Shown: in pieces, positions 40,985-51,412 of the stretch
How positions within the stretch are numbered: position 1 is the stretch's first letter
Layout of the letters: each line of letters starts with the position of its first letter
Assembly: GCA_035531615.1 (NCBI GenBank)
Contig: DATKSQ010000132.1
Span: 18,926-82,925 of the forward strand
Direction: 5' to 3'
DNA: 64,000 nucleotides
DNA from: Candidatus Binataceae bacterium
GTDB taxonomy: Bacteria > Desulfobacterota > Binatia > Binatales > Binataceae
Made by a program: the position numbers and the translations under genes
Notes under the pieces: generated by a model
What the model was told of the DNA's origin: nothing
The model's database searches: none
The model's input: the letters and a program-made list of their open reading frames with translations, nothing else

Positions 40985-42775
40985 TCAGTGGGAGCTGTCC
41001 GCGAGCGCGGCTGAGAGTTCGCGATGCTTTTCGCGCAGGGACTTCGGCACCGTCGGACCGATCTGGTCGAAGAAATCGCTGGTGGATTGCATTTCGGTCT
41101 TCCACTCGCCGGGCTTGATCGCCAGATCCTCGCGCAATTGTTCGGTGGAAATTTCGAGGCCGCGCAGATCCAGGTCCGCGATCTTCGGCACGCCGCCAAC
41201 CGGAGTCTTCTCGGCGCTGACCCGCCCTTCGATCCGATCGAGCATCCACCTGAGCACGCGCAGATTGTCGCCGAAGCCGGGCCACAGGAAGTTGCCGTTG
41301 GAGTCCTTGCGGAACCAGTTGACCATGAAGATTTTGGGCGGACGTTTGATGGATTTTTCCATCGCGAGCCAGTGCCCGAAATAATCGCCCATGTTGTAGC
41401 CGCAGAACGGCAGCATCGCCATCGGATCGCGCCGGACCACGCCGACCGCTCCTGTGGCGGCCGCGGTGGTTTCGGAGCCCATCGTGGCGCCCATGAAAAC
41501 GCCGTGCGCCCAGCTCTCGGATTCGAGCACCAGCGGAGCGGTGGTCGCGCGGCGTCCGCCAAACACGATCGCGGAGATCGGAACTCCGTTAGGATCGTTG
41601 GCATGCGGCGAGAGCGCGGGGTTGTTGGCCATCGGGGTGGTGAAGCGGCTGTTCGGATGCGCGGCTTTTTCCTTGGAGGCCGTATTCCACGGGCGTCCCT
41701 GCCAATCGAGCAATCCTTCCGGCGCCGGGGTGTCGGTTCCTTCCCACCACACGTCGCCGTCGGGCGTAATCGCGACGTTGGTGAAGATCGAATCGTGCCC
41801 GAGCATTTTCATCGCGTTCGGATTGGAGTGCGAGTTGGTGCCCGGTGCGACGCCGAAGTAGCCGTTTTCAGGATTGACCGCCCACAGCCTGCCGTCGTCG
41901 CCGACTCGCAGCCACGCGATATCGTCGCCGACGGTGAAAACCTTCCATCCGGCGAACGCGGGCGGCGGCGTCAGCATCGCGAGGTTGGTCTTTCCGCACG
42001 CGCTTGGAAACGCGGCGGCGATGTAGGTGGTCTCGCCCTTGGGATTCTGAATCCCGAGAATCAGCATATGCTCGGCGAGCCAGCCTTCGCGCCGGCCCTG
42101 CACGCTCGCGATTCTTAGCGCGAGGCACTTCTTGCTCAGCAGCGCGTTGCCGCCGTAGCCCGAGCCGACCGACCAGATCGCGTTGTCCTGCGGGAAATGG
42201 CAGATGAGGCGGCGTTCGGGACTCAGGTCGAGCGTGCAATGCACACCGCGGCAGAAGGTGTCGCTGGCGCCGAGCATCTCGAGCGCGACGGAGCCCATCC
42301 GCGTCATGATCCGCATGTTCAGCGTGACGTAGATGCTGTCCGTGATCTCGACGCCGATCTTCGCAAACGGCGACCCGAGCGGACCCATCACGTACGGGAT
42401 AGCGTACATTGTGCGTCCGCGCATCGAGCCGGCGAGCCATCCGCGCAGTTTGGCGTAAGTCTCGGCCGGGTCGGCCCAGTTGTTAGTCGGACCGGCGTCG
42501 CGTTTATCCGGTGAGCAGATCAAAGTGAGTTGCTCGGTGCGCGCGACATCGTTCGGATTGGAGCGATGCAGATAGCTTTCGGGTTTCTTGTTCGGGTTGA
42601 GCGGAATCAAGCTACCCGATTTCACCGCGACCTCGGTCAGCCGGCGACGTTCCGCCTCGGAGCCGTCGCACCATACGACTTCATCCGGGGTCGTCAGACT
42701 CGCGATCTCGGCGACCCAATCGATCAGGGCGCGGCTTTTGGTTGGTGCGGGCTTCGGGTCGCGATTTGGCATCAC
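40985..42775 (-). CDS. pckG: Phosphoenolpyruvate carboxykinase (GTP)
   Basis: 596 aa with a typical GTP-PEPCK N-terminus and kinase motifs throughout. Confidence 0.95.
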   Translation of the reverse strand: MMPNRDPKPAPTKSRALIDWVAEIASLTTPDEVVWCDGSEAERRRLTEVAVKSGSLIPLNPNKKPESYLHRSNPNDVARTEQLTLICSPDKRDAGPTNNWADPAETYAKLRGWLAGSMRGRTMYAIPYVMGPLGSPFAKIGVEITDSIYVTLNMRIMTRMGSVALEMLGASDTFCRGVHCTLDLSPERRLICHFPQDNAIWSVGSGYGGNALLSKKCLALRIASVQGRREGWLAEHMLILGIQNPKGETTYIAAAFPSACGKTNLAMLTPPPAFAGWKVFTVGDDIAWLRVGDDGRLWAVNPENGYFGVAPGTNSHSNPNAMKMLGHDSIFTNVAITPDGDVWWEGTDTPAPEGLLDWQGRPWNTASKEKAAHPNSRFTTPMANNPALSPHANDPNGVPISAIVFGGRRATTAPLVLESESWAHGVFMGATMGSETTAAATGAVGVVRRDPMAMLPFCGYNMGDYFGHWLAMEKSIKRPPKIFMVNWFRKDSNGNFLWPGFGDNLRVLRWMLDRIEGRVSAEKTPVGGVPKIADLDLRGLEISTEQLREDLAIKPGEWKTEMQSTSDFFDQIGPTVPKSLREKHRELSAALADSSH

Positions 42776-43057
42776 TGCATCAGCTCCGTATCGGCCCGGC
42801 GCGTTGCGGCGGGCAATCTGTCAAAAAACCCGGATTGTGCGGGTCACGAGATTGTAACATTTAGCGTGCCTAATAGTCCACAATCGCGATAGACCCTATA
42901 AGGCAGGCTTCAACGGGGCAATAGGAGCGGATTCGCGGTCGCGCAGAGGCAGACGCGGCCCCGAGAATCCCGCCGGGGTCCGCAAACCGAGCCGCGACCC
43001 GCTTGCGTCGCCGTGGACGCGCGCCATACCGGCGGCTCCGCCTTAACTCGCAGGAGT

Positions 43058-44134
43058 TCAGGGTTTCAGGGCGCGCGTGACGCGATTGATGACGAAAACG
43101 CCGTTGCTGTTCTTCAGGTGGTAGTAGAGCGACAGGCCGTCGGGAGAAATCGATGGCGCCTCCGCGTAGCCTGTGATCGCATGAATCTTGCGCGCTTCGC
43201 CGAACGGCTTCGCGGTTGACTTGCGGGTGGCCATATAGATGGCAAATCCAACCTTGAGATTGGTTCGCGTCCAGAAAAACTCGAGCTGGTCGGCGGAGAT
43301 GTCCGCCGCATAGTTGAGATGCCGGTCGTTGATCGCCCGCATGAGCCAAGCGCTCTTTGGATCGACGACGAACTTGGAGCCTTGGCGGGTCGCGACCATC
43401 ATCACGGTGCTGGCCGGCGGACCGCTGCCGGCGCTGAAATCGCCCTGCGTGAAGTACAGCGTATTGCCGTCGGCGCTGATCTCTTCGTCGAAGTTGACCA
43501 GACCCACTCGCGGCGCCGCAACACCCGAGACCGGATTGACCGGCGCCACCGAGCCGTCGGAGAACGGCCCAGAATAGATCGTGGATAAATAGCCCGGCGT
43601 GCCGAAGTTGGAATAGCTTCGGGTGGTGACGAAGTAGAAATTGCCGTCACTGTCCATCGATGGCACCGCATCGAGCGGGCCGCTGCTGTTGACCCCGCCT
43701 GCGATCTCGCCCTGGAACTGGAACGTCACGTCACCGATGCGGGTCGCCCAGAACAGGTTGGTGGGGTTGGCCGCGGTGCCGGTGTTCAGGTTATTGAAGA
43801 AGAGAAAATTGCCGTCGCGGCTGATGAAGGGCTCCATCGCGTCGTTGCTATTGCCCTGGTTGTCGTCATAGCCAAGGATTTGCACCATCTCGGGATTGCC
43901 GAAATCGGTGTATCTTTCCGGCCGGGAGCGCGCGAGTGCCGGAGCCGCGGCCGGATCAGCGAAGGCGGGGCCTCGGTACGGAAACAGCAAGTCCAGGGCC
44001 GCGGCCGCGATCGCGGCGGGGAGCAGCCCGCGGAGATTCAGGAGCCCACCGATGCGCCGCGAGCGGCGGCGCATCGGTGGGCGATTCATCGGAGTTATTT
44101 CAGCGGCGAACGAAGTAGAATTGAGCCTCGTCAT
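43058..44134 (-). CDS. Periplasmic TolB-like beta-propeller (PD40 repeat) protein
   Basis: RRRSRR-containing signal region. Repeated ...DGN.LYF... PD40-like units (ISADGNTLYFT, ISPDGLSLYY). Confidence 0.55.
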   Translation of the reverse strand: MTRLNSTSFAAEITPMNRPPMRRRSRRIGGLLNLRGLLPAAIAAAALDLLFPYRGPAFADPAAAPALARSRPERYTDFGNPEMVQILGYDDNQGNSNDAMEPFISRDGNFLFFNNLNTGTAANPTNLFWATRIGDVTFQFQGEIAGGVNSSGPLDAVPSMDSDGNFYFVTTRSYSNFGTPGYLSTIYSGPFSDGSVAPVNPVSGVAAPRVGLVNFDEEISADGNTLYFTQGDFSAGSGPPASTVMMVATRQGSKFVVDPKSAWLMRAINDRHLNYAADISADQLEFFWTRTNLKVGFAIYMATRKSTAKPFGEARKIHAITGYAEAPSISPDGLSLYYHLKNSNGVFVINRVTRALKP

Positions 44135-44189
44135 TTTTCTTTAAGTGGCCGATCATATTCTTCACCGAGGCTCGCGCGGAAGGAACCAA

Positions 44190-45491
44190 TTACATTCCGC
44201 CGCTGACTCCCGCCTTCGCCATCGCGTCGGGATCGAAGAACTTGCGATCCACCGCGCCCATGTTGATATACCAGCATTCGCGTTCCGGCGTGTTGCGTCC
44301 GGGCAGGTAGCACATGCTATGCACGCCGCCCTGGATATCCATCGCGAGCGCGCCAACCACGAACGAGCGCTTGAAGGGATAGATCGCGACTCGGGCGTCT
44401 GGAACCGGACGGTCGCGGTAGGTGAGCCAGTAGATGAAACCCTGGAACAGGCGTCCGGCGCGGTCGTACACGTCGATATACGGCGCGAACCACATCTCCG
44501 AGTCCATGAACACCACGTCCTTCGAGCCGAGATAGCCCCCCAGCCTGGTCCGGTCCGGTTCGGCCTGGACGATATACATGTGGCGCATCTCCCACACTTC
44601 CGGACACGCGGAGCCTCCGCCATCGGTGGCGCAGCGGATTTCCGGAGAATGTTCCGCATGCGCGCTGCCCAGCATCGTTTTCTCGCCCAAGAAGCGGTAG
44701 TTGAACCATTCGACCTTGGGGTTGAATCCGCCGTAATGGTCGGGATTCCACGCGCCGATTCCGCTGGGATTGCTCAGGATCGCCTCGTTCAGGCGGCGCA
44801 GGCGGCGCGCTCCGGGGGTCCAGGTCCATTCGTCGTCGCCGCGCTTGGGATCCTCGAAGCGGTAGCGGATGATCCCTTCGCCGCGTGCGGCGGCCGGCGC
44901 CAGCACGGGATAAAGCGCAAACAGCCACATCCGGTTGGTTTTCCGGAAATCGGGGTCGGTCGGCATCGGTTCGACTTCGGTGCGGCCGATCTCATCGTAG
45001 CCCGCATAGTGTCCGACTTGGGTGTAGTTGATCACGAAGATCGACTTGTTGCGGCCGACGTTGACGTCCTCGCAGTCAAAGAAACGGAGGTCGTAATCGT
45101 CGCTGTTGATCGGGCGGAACTGCTCGTTCCAGATAATCTTGGTCCCTACTTCGGGATCATTCGGATCGATCAGCGGAAACGGTTGGCCCGCCACGTAGCC
45201 GACCATCGAGCGATGGTCCGACGACAGGCGCACCTGCGCCGAATATTTTTCGGTCGCGTCCTTGTACGGCGGTGGCCAATCGATACGCCCGGTCGGGATG
45301 ATCTTCATCGTCATCCCCTTCAGCACCGCGTCATAGGCTCCCAACGATAACAGACCTTTGACCTTGGCGGCGTTATCGTAGTTGATGAAGTCGCCCGGCT
45401 TGACCTGCGCGCGCGCGGCAGCCACCCGTGAGCCGACAGCGATCAGGATACTCACAACCGCCGCGGTAACCTTGAGAACCCGAGAATCCAT
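44190..45491 (-). CDS. DUF1329 family secreted protein (intact paralog)
   Basis: 433 aa with a signal peptide. Collinear with the interrupted copy at 13856-15148. The family assignment comes from recalled motifs. Confidence 0.65.
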   Translation of the reverse strand: MDSRVLKVTAAVVSILIAVGSRVAAARAQVKPGDFINYDNAAKVKGLLSLGAYDAVLKGMTMKIIPTGRIDWPPPYKDATEKYSAQVRLSSDHRSMVGYVAGQPFPLIDPNDPEVGTKIIWNEQFRPINSDDYDLRFFDCEDVNVGRNKSIFVINYTQVGHYAGYDEIGRTEVEPMPTDPDFRKTNRMWLFALYPVLAPAAARGEGIIRYRFEDPKRGDDEWTWTPGARRLRRLNEAILSNPSGIGAWNPDHYGGFNPKVEWFNYRFLGEKTMLGSAHAEHSPEIRCATDGGGSACPEVWEMRHMYIVQAEPDRTRLGGYLGSKDVVFMDSEMWFAPYIDVYDRAGRLFQGFIYWLTYRDRPVPDARVAIYPFKRSFVVGALAMDIQGGVHSMCYLPGRNTPERECWYINMGAVDRKFFDPDAMAKAGVSGGM

Positions 45492-45982
45492 GGTGGACCT
45501 CCTCGAAAGAGTTCCCGGTCGTTTGGAAGTTTTGCCGGAGACCGGTCTGTGTGCGTCGCCGCACCCTTAATATTCTAATCCAATATGACAATAATACTTA
45601 TGCCACCTAAAGCGCAAACATGGTCCAGCGAGTCTAAAAAAATCCGCTCCGAATGCCGAATGATTCGCGGCGCGCGCCGCGGTTCATCCCACCGCGGACG
45701 ATGCGATCGGGATTTCTCGCGAAGTTCGATACGACGGATAGGCGTATGGCGGCACGACTATCACGGCGTGCGCCTTGCCCCGGCCCATCATTTCGAGCCC
45801 GAAGAATTGATCGCGATGAATCGGCCAGCCGGTGCCGGATGAGCGCGCTCGGCCAGAAATCCGGCGATTGCTGGCGCCGGCGCCGATAGGAATCCGAAAC
45901 CGCCGGAGTTCCGCGGCGAACAGCTTGCGCTGGCGGCGATCTTCCCGGTCGCGGCCCCCCGCGCATTACACGGCGTAATATG

Positions 45983-45998
45983 ATACCCCCTATGGTAT
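45983..45998. promoter_or_regulatory. Putative CsoR-type operator (ATACC-N6-GGTAT) just upstream of the csoR-like gene
   Basis: ataccccctatggtat lies 18 bp upstream of the ATG at 46016. It resembles known GC-core pseudo-palindromic CsoR/RcnR operators. Confidence 0.4.
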
Positions 45999-46015
45999 AG
46001 AGGTCTCCGGTCAAT

Positions 46016-46291
46016 ATGTCACATACCGTCAAAGAGAAGACCAAGCTCCTGAACCGGGTTCGGCGCGTGCGCGGCCAGGTCGAGGCGCTGGAACGCGCGG
46101 TCGAGGAAGAGCGCGGATGCGCCGACGTGCTGCATCTGGTCGTCGCGGCGCGCGGCGCGATGAACAGCCTGATGGCCGAGATCATCGAGGATCACATCCG
46201 CACGCACGTGGTCGATCCGGACCATGAACGCGGCTCCCGCGCCAGGGGCGCCGAAGAGCTGATCGAAATTGTGCAGGCATACCTGAAGTAG
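46016..46291 (+). CDS. CsoR/RcnR/FrmR-family metal-sensing transcriptional repressor
   Basis: 91 aa. RVRGQVEALERAV...C...H...H pattern typical of the DUF156/CsoR fold. Confidence 0.8.
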   Translation: MSHTVKEKTKLLNRVRRVRGQVEALERAVEEERGCADVLHLVVAARGAMNSLMAEIIEDHIRTHVVDPDHERGSRARGAEELIEIVQAYLK

Positions 46292-46300
46292 CCGAGTCCG

Positions 46301-48280
46301 ATGGAAAACCGTGAACCAGGCGAAAATTCGGCTCTAGCCGATCGGGCGCAAAGAGTTGCCCCCGCGCCCGCCGCTTTGGAGCACGAGACCGCCCAGGTTT
46401 TCACCCCGGCCGCGGCCGCGCGGATCGTCGTGGTCGCGGTTGCCGCGGGATTGGTGTGGCTGCACGTATGGGAGCCGCTGCCAGGAATCAGCCTGATCGG
46501 AGTGCTGGGAGTGCTGATCGGCGGATGGCCAATCTTCAAGGAGGCGGCCGAGAACGCGGCCGCGCGGCGGATGACCATGGAATTGTCCATGAGCATCGCG
46601 ATCGTCGCGGCGGCGGCCATCTCCCAGTTCCTTACCGCGCTCATCATCACGATGTTCGTTCTCGTCGCGGAAGTGCTGGAGGGAATGACGGTTTCCCGGG
46701 GCCGGCGCGCGATCCGGGACCTGATGGACTTCATCCCGCGGACCGTCACGATTCGCGGCCCGGGCGGCGTGCGCGAGGCTTCCACCGATGAGCTGCGCGC
46801 GGGAGATTCCGTCCTGGTCAATCCGGGAGGATTGGTGCCAATCGACGGCATCGTGACCAGCGGACACTCGTATGTTGACCAGGCCTGGATTACCGGCGAA
46901 TCGATGCCGGTGGAGAAGGCGCCCGGCCTGGTGGTGTACGCTGGCACGATTAATCAATCGGGAGCGCTCGAGATCCGGGTCGAACGGATCGGGCGCGACA
47001 CCAGCTACGGCAGGATCATCGAGGCGGTCGAACATGCCGAGCGTTCACGCGCTCCGGTGCAGCAGCTCGCGGATCGTCTCGCGGGATACCTGGTCTATTT
47101 CGCGCTCGCCGCGGCCGCCGTCACCTTCATCGTTACGCGCGACGTGCGTTCGACGATTTCCGTGATAATCGTCGCAGGCGCATGCGGCATCGCGGCTGGA
47201 ACCCCGTTGGCAATCCTGGGCGGCATCGGCCGTGCGGCGCGCCTTGGCGCAATCATCAAGGGCGGTCTTTATCTCGAAACGCTGGGCCGGGTGAACACCG
47301 TCGTGCTCGACAAGACCGGCACGCTCACCTTTGGACGGACCGAAGTGCAGGCGGTGTTTCCAGCAGCCGGGGTAACGGAAGACGAAGTCCTCGAGGCGGC
47401 GGCGTCGGCTGAAATGCGCTCCGAGCATCCGATAGGCAAGGCGATCGTCAGCTTCGCGTCCGCGAAGCATCGAGCGTTGCGCGAGCCTGAGAGGTTTGAC
47501 TACGTGCCCGGCCGCGGAATCACGGCGGTGGCCGGCGCAGTTACTATCCTGGTCGGCAATCGCGGTTTCCTGCTCGATCATGCGATACCGGTGCCGCGCG
47601 ATTTCGCCTTTGGCGCCGATACCTCATCCGAAGTGTTCGTCGCGCGCAGCGGACGCCTGCTCGGCGCGATCGTGGTCGCCGACACCGTGCGGCCAGAGGC
47701 GCGGCGCGCCATCGCGGCGCTCGGCCGGATGGGCATCCGGAGCGTTCTCCTGACTGGAGACACCAGGGCGGTCGCCGCGGTGGTCGCCCGGGAACTCGGG
47801 ATTACTGAAGTGGAAGCCGGCCTGTTACCCGAGATGAAACTCGAGTGGATCAAAACGCTGGTCGCGGACGGCCGGATCGTCGCGATGGTGGGTGACGGGA
47901 TCAACGACGCCCCCGCGTTGGCGCAAGCGAGCGTTGGGGTTGCGATGGGCTCGGGCACTGATGTAGCCCGCGAAAGTGCCGACGTGGTGTTGCTGGGCAA
48001 CGACTTGGCCAAGTTCACCGAGACCCTTGCGATCGCGCGGCGCACGCGCCGGATCATCTGGTGGAATTTCGCCGGCACGCTCGGGGTCGATATGATCGGA
48101 ATCGCGCTTGCGTCCGTAGGCCTGCTGAGTCCGGTGAGCGCCGCGTTCATTCACGTTAGCTCCGAGTTGGCGTTCATCCTCAATTCCGCGCGGCTGCTGC
48201 CACACACCGGGCGCGGCGTGGCGCACGCAAAGAAAATGGCGGTGCGATCGGAAAACAAGCCGCTGGCGAAGGCGGCATAG
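46301..48280 (+). CDS. Heavy-metal-type (P1B-like) P-type ATPase without N-terminal HMA domain
   Basis: TGES, DKTGTLT, GDGINDAP and MVGDGIND motifs. The TM6 position that normally holds CPC reads GAC (VAGACGIAAGTP). 10 bp downstream of csoR. Confidence 0.8.
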   Translation: MENREPGENSALADRAQRVAPAPAALEHETAQVFTPAAAARIVVVAVAAGLVWLHVWEPLPGISLIGVLGVLIGGWPIFKEAAENAAARRMTMELSMSIAIVAAAAISQFLTALIITMFVLVAEVLEGMTVSRGRRAIRDLMDFIPRTVTIRGPGGVREASTDELRAGDSVLVNPGGLVPIDGIVTSGHSYVDQAWITGESMPVEKAPGLVVYAGTINQSGALEIRVERIGRDTSYGRIIEAVEHAERSRAPVQQLADRLAGYLVYFALAAAAVTFIVTRDVRSTISVIIVAGACGIAAGTPLAILGGIGRAARLGAIIKGGLYLETLGRVNTVVLDKTGTLTFGRTEVQAVFPAAGVTEDEVLEAAASAEMRSEHPIGKAIVSFASAKHRALREPERFDYVPGRGITAVAGAVTILVGNRGFLLDHAIPVPRDFAFGADTSSEVFVARSGRLLGAIVVADTVRPEARRAIAALGRMGIRSVLLTGDTRAVAAVVARELGITEVEAGLLPEMKLEWIKTLVADGRIVAMVGDGINDAPALAQASVGVAMGSGTDVARESADVVLLGNDLAKFTETLAIARRTRRIIWWNFAGTLGVDMIGIALASVGLLSPVSAAFIHVSSELAFILNSARLLPHTGRGVAHAKKMAVRSENKPLAKAA

Positions 48281-48380
48281 CCAGCGGCAGGGAGCATCGC
48301 GGAGCAAACCAAGGATTCGGGATTTCTGTCGCCGCTGGCAAGTTTACGCGGGAAAATATCCGCCCTATACTGAATCGGGC

Positions 48381-51300
48381 GTGGGCGGAAAGCATATATT
48401 CCGGCTCCGCGGATTGCTCTTGCTGTCGCTCGCGCTGCTCGGGTTATTAGCCACGATCATCGCCGGCCTGACGGTGCTGGTGGTGCGCGAGCGTCCGGCG
48501 CTGACGCGGTACGCGCTGGCGCGGATCGCGGCGCGCAGCGGCGCGAACATAAGCGTCGGGCGCGTGGATTTCGGGCTCGCGACCAACGGCGTCGAAGTGA
48601 TCGCATATCGCGCGCGCGTCACCTGGCAAGGCGACCGGATGCGCACCCGGCGCGTGCGTATCGTGATCGGTTATGGCGCGCTGGCGCGGCTGCGGGTGAT
48701 GCCGCTTACGTCGCTGCGGGTCAGCGCCGCGGAAGTCACGCTTGCGCCCCATCCGAGCCCGGCGGGCTTCGATTTCAATTCCGAGGCCGCGAAGCTGTCT
48801 CGGCTGGCGGCCAATCTCGCGCAGCTCGTTCGCCAAGTGACCATGACGCACGCGACGGTGGTGCCGCCGGGCCCCGCCGGCGCGCGCCTGATGCTCGACG
48901 CGCGTATCGAGACGAGCACGCGGCGCGTGCGGGTCAGGGTCGAGCGCGCGGCGTGGAACGGTCCGCCGCTCGACGGGCTCGCGGGCAGCGCCGAGATCAC
49001 GATTCCGGCCGCGCGCAGGGGGTCCGTCCACGGCACGATCGCGTTTATCCGCCGTGCCGCCCAGAGCTTCAGCGGAAATACCGCCGTCAGCCTGAGCCCG
49101 ACGGCGCTCGCCGGGCATATCAGCATCAAGAGCTCGATAGCGGCGGGCGAGGTTGCTTTCACCGGGTCGTATAAAATTTCGGCCGAGCGTCTGGAACTCG
49201 ACGGCACGCTGACCGCCCCCGCCGATTCGGGGCTGGAGCGCGCGGCGCCGCTGCGCGCGAGCGTGGCAGGACCGTTCTCGGCCAGTCCGCAACTTAGCGC
49301 GCAGGCGGGACCGCTCGAGGTGCGAATCGCGCGATTGGCGCGCGCGCTGGGGCGCGCCACCCCGGCCGCGACCGGCAGCGTCGCAATTCGCCAGGCGAGC
49401 TTTGCGCTAGCTCTCGGGCCACTGCGCGACGCGCTTGCGGGATGTGCGGATTCGAGCTGCCGCAAGCAGCGCCTGATGGCCGCGCTGATCGGCGGACTCA
49501 GCGGCTCGCTGACCGTCGCGGACGCGCTCGTTCATACCGAGCGGCCGGGCCTGCGCACGTTAAGTCTCGACAGCCCCGCGCAGGTGACGCTCGGCGGGGG
49601 CGCCGCGAGCGTCACGGGCCTGAGCGTGCGCGCCGGCGCCGCCCGCTTCGAGCATGGGCGTTTCGACGCCGACTTGCGCCAAGCCGCGAACCCATCCGCG
49701 CCGTCGATCAGTTACACCGCCGCGATGTTCGCGACGATCGACCTGTCGCGGCTCGATCTGCAAAGCCGGCTTTCGCCGGCGGCGAGCGCGATGGTGCCCG
49801 CGGCCGGCGTTGCCTATGGGCAGTTGACGATGGACGGGCGGCTTGCGGACAGCGGCGCGGGTTTTGCGCCGCGCAGCTCGCGCATCCGGCTGCGGCGCGG
49901 CTTTGTATCGCTGCGCGGCGGCGGCCGCGATGAAGCGGTCCTGCTGCGCGCCGACGCGGTGCTGGCCAACGATCGCCTGCGATACTCGGCGAGCGCGTCG
50001 CTGTCGAGCGGAGGGACGCTCGCGGTGGACGGGAATTACGGACTTGCGCGCCGCGCGCTTGACGCGCAGATCAGCTTCCACGGACTTGACCTGCGCCGCT
50101 GGACGCGCGGGATGCCGGCGGGTGCGGCAATGCCGGGTCTGACCCTGAACGGAGAGGCAGGGGGCCGGTGTGCGCTCAAATGGCGGCCGGGACTGGCTCA
50201 TCCGCAATTCAACGGCAATGCGGTGTTCACGGCGCTCGAGGTGGGATCGAGCTACACCGCGGCGCCCGTCTTCGTCGGCGCCGCGCACGCCACGGTTAGC
50301 GACGCGAGTGCGCAAATTGTGCTGCACCAAGTGCAGCTAGGCGCCGGCAACTTCGATGTCACCGGCACGGTCGCGAATTTCGCCCAGCCGAAAATCGAAC
50401 TTAGCGTCACCGGCAGCGGCTTCGACGTTGACGCCATCCGTCCCCCCGCGCTCGCCGCGGGCGGGCATCACGTCGCCGCCGCGCTGCTTGCGCCGGCGCC
50501 GCGTCCGCTGACCCTGGATGCCCATGTCGCGTTGCGGCGGCTGTTCGTCCATCAGGTCGCGATGCGCGGTTTCGCCGCCGAGATCGAAGGCCGCGGCAGC
50601 CGATGGGAGGTCAAAGATCTGTCGGCGAATTTGCTGCACGGCGCGGTCAAGATGCGGGCGGCGTGGGATGGCGCCACCACACGCCTGTACGTTACCGGCA
50701 ACGCCTACCGCATCGATGCGCTGCGGCTGTTCGCACAGTTTGCGCCAAAGGGCAGTCCGCCGATCTCGGGCGAGTTAAGCGCCCGGTTCAACCTGGGCAT
50801 GGCGCTCGCCGGTGGCGCACCGCCGCAGCCGCTGTGCGGCGACTCGACTATCCTGATGAGCAATGGCAGCCTGGGAAAGTTCGCGCTGCTTGAGAATCTG
50901 ATGAGCGTTGTCAGCATGACGAGTTGGCTGCCTTTCAGCATACCGGACCTCGACGTGGGGTTGCCCTATGATCACATAACCGCGCGGATGGCGCTGAACC
51001 CGCACGCGCTCGAAGTGCGCCAGTTGGAGCTTTCGAGCGACGCTTTCGGCCTGGCGGGGCACGGCAGTATAAGCCTGCCGGCGCGCGTGATGGATCTCCA
51101 CCTCGAGGCGCTGCCATTTGGTTCCGCACGGGGCCTGGTCGCGCGTGTGCAGCGGGCCGGAGGGCGGACGGGCAATGCACTCGAGCGGTCCTTCGCCGTC
51201 CACATCAGCATTAAAGGCGCCGTCAGTTCGCCCACCATCTCGCCCGTGATATTCCGAAATCCGATCGCCGCGCTTGCCAATCTCATCGAGGCGCCGCTGG

Positions 51301-51395
51301 ACTTCATGCCCGATTCGGACCTGCCCGCGGATTCGACGTTCAAACCGCCGGCCGACTTGAGCTATCGAAAGAGTTGCTCGCCCTACCAATGGTAG
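48381..51395 (+). CDS. AsmA-family (AsmA/TamB-like) envelope biogenesis protein
   Basis: 1004 aa. N-terminal TM anchor and a long Ala/Gly-rich beta-rich body, consistent with the AsmA family. The stop codon is embedded in a palindrome. Confidence 0.6.
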   Translation: MGGKHIFRLRGLLLLSLALLGLLATIIAGLTVLVVRERPALTRYALARIAARSGANISVGRVDFGLATNGVEVIAYRARVTWQGDRMRTRRVRIVIGYGALARLRVMPLTSLRVSAAEVTLAPHPSPAGFDFNSEAAKLSRLAANLAQLVRQVTMTHATVVPPGPAGARLMLDARIETSTRRVRVRVERAAWNGPPLDGLAGSAEITIPAARRGSVHGTIAFIRRAAQSFSGNTAVSLSPTALAGHISIKSSIAAGEVAFTGSYKISAERLELDGTLTAPADSGLERAAPLRASVAGPFSASPQLSAQAGPLEVRIARLARALGRATPAATGSVAIRQASFALALGPLRDALAGCADSSCRKQRLMAALIGGLSGSLTVADALVHTERPGLRTLSLDSPAQVTLGGGAASVTGLSVRAGAARFEHGRFDADLRQAANPSAPSISYTAAMFATIDLSRLDLQSRLSPAASAMVPAAGVAYGQLTMDGRLADSGAGFAPRSSRIRLRRGFVSLRGGGRDEAVLLRADAVLANDRLRYSASASLSSGGTLAVDGNYGLARRALDAQISFHGLDLRRWTRGMPAGAAMPGLTLNGEAGGRCALKWRPGLAHPQFNGNAVFTALEVGSSYTAAPVFVGAAHATVSDASAQIVLHQVQLGAGNFDVTGTVANFAQPKIELSVTGSGFDVDAIRPPALAAGGHHVAAALLAPAPRPLTLDAHVALRRLFVHQVAMRGFAAEIEGRGSRWEVKDLSANLLHGAVKMRAAWDGATTRLYVTGNAYRIDALRLFAQFAPKGSPPISGELSARFNLGMALAGGAPPQPLCGDSTILMSNGSLGKFALLENLMSVVSMTSWLPFSIPDLDVGLPYDHITARMALNPHALEVRQLELSSDAFGLAGHGSISLPARVMDLHLEALPFGSARGLVARVQRAGGRTGNALERSFAVHISIKGAVSSPTISPVIFRNPIAALANLIEAPLDFMPDSDLPADSTFKPPADLSYRKSCSPYQW

Positions 51396-51399
51396 GGGC
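51383..51399. repeat. Solo palindrome CCCTACCA-a-TGGTAGGG (fused termini of the CATTGGTAGGG repeat family) overlapping the stop codon of the AsmA-like gene
   Basis: Perfect 8-bp arms. Shares the terminal motif with the repeats at 40674 and 55263. Confidence 0.5.
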
Positions 51400-51412
51400 G
51401 CCGCGCGCGCGC

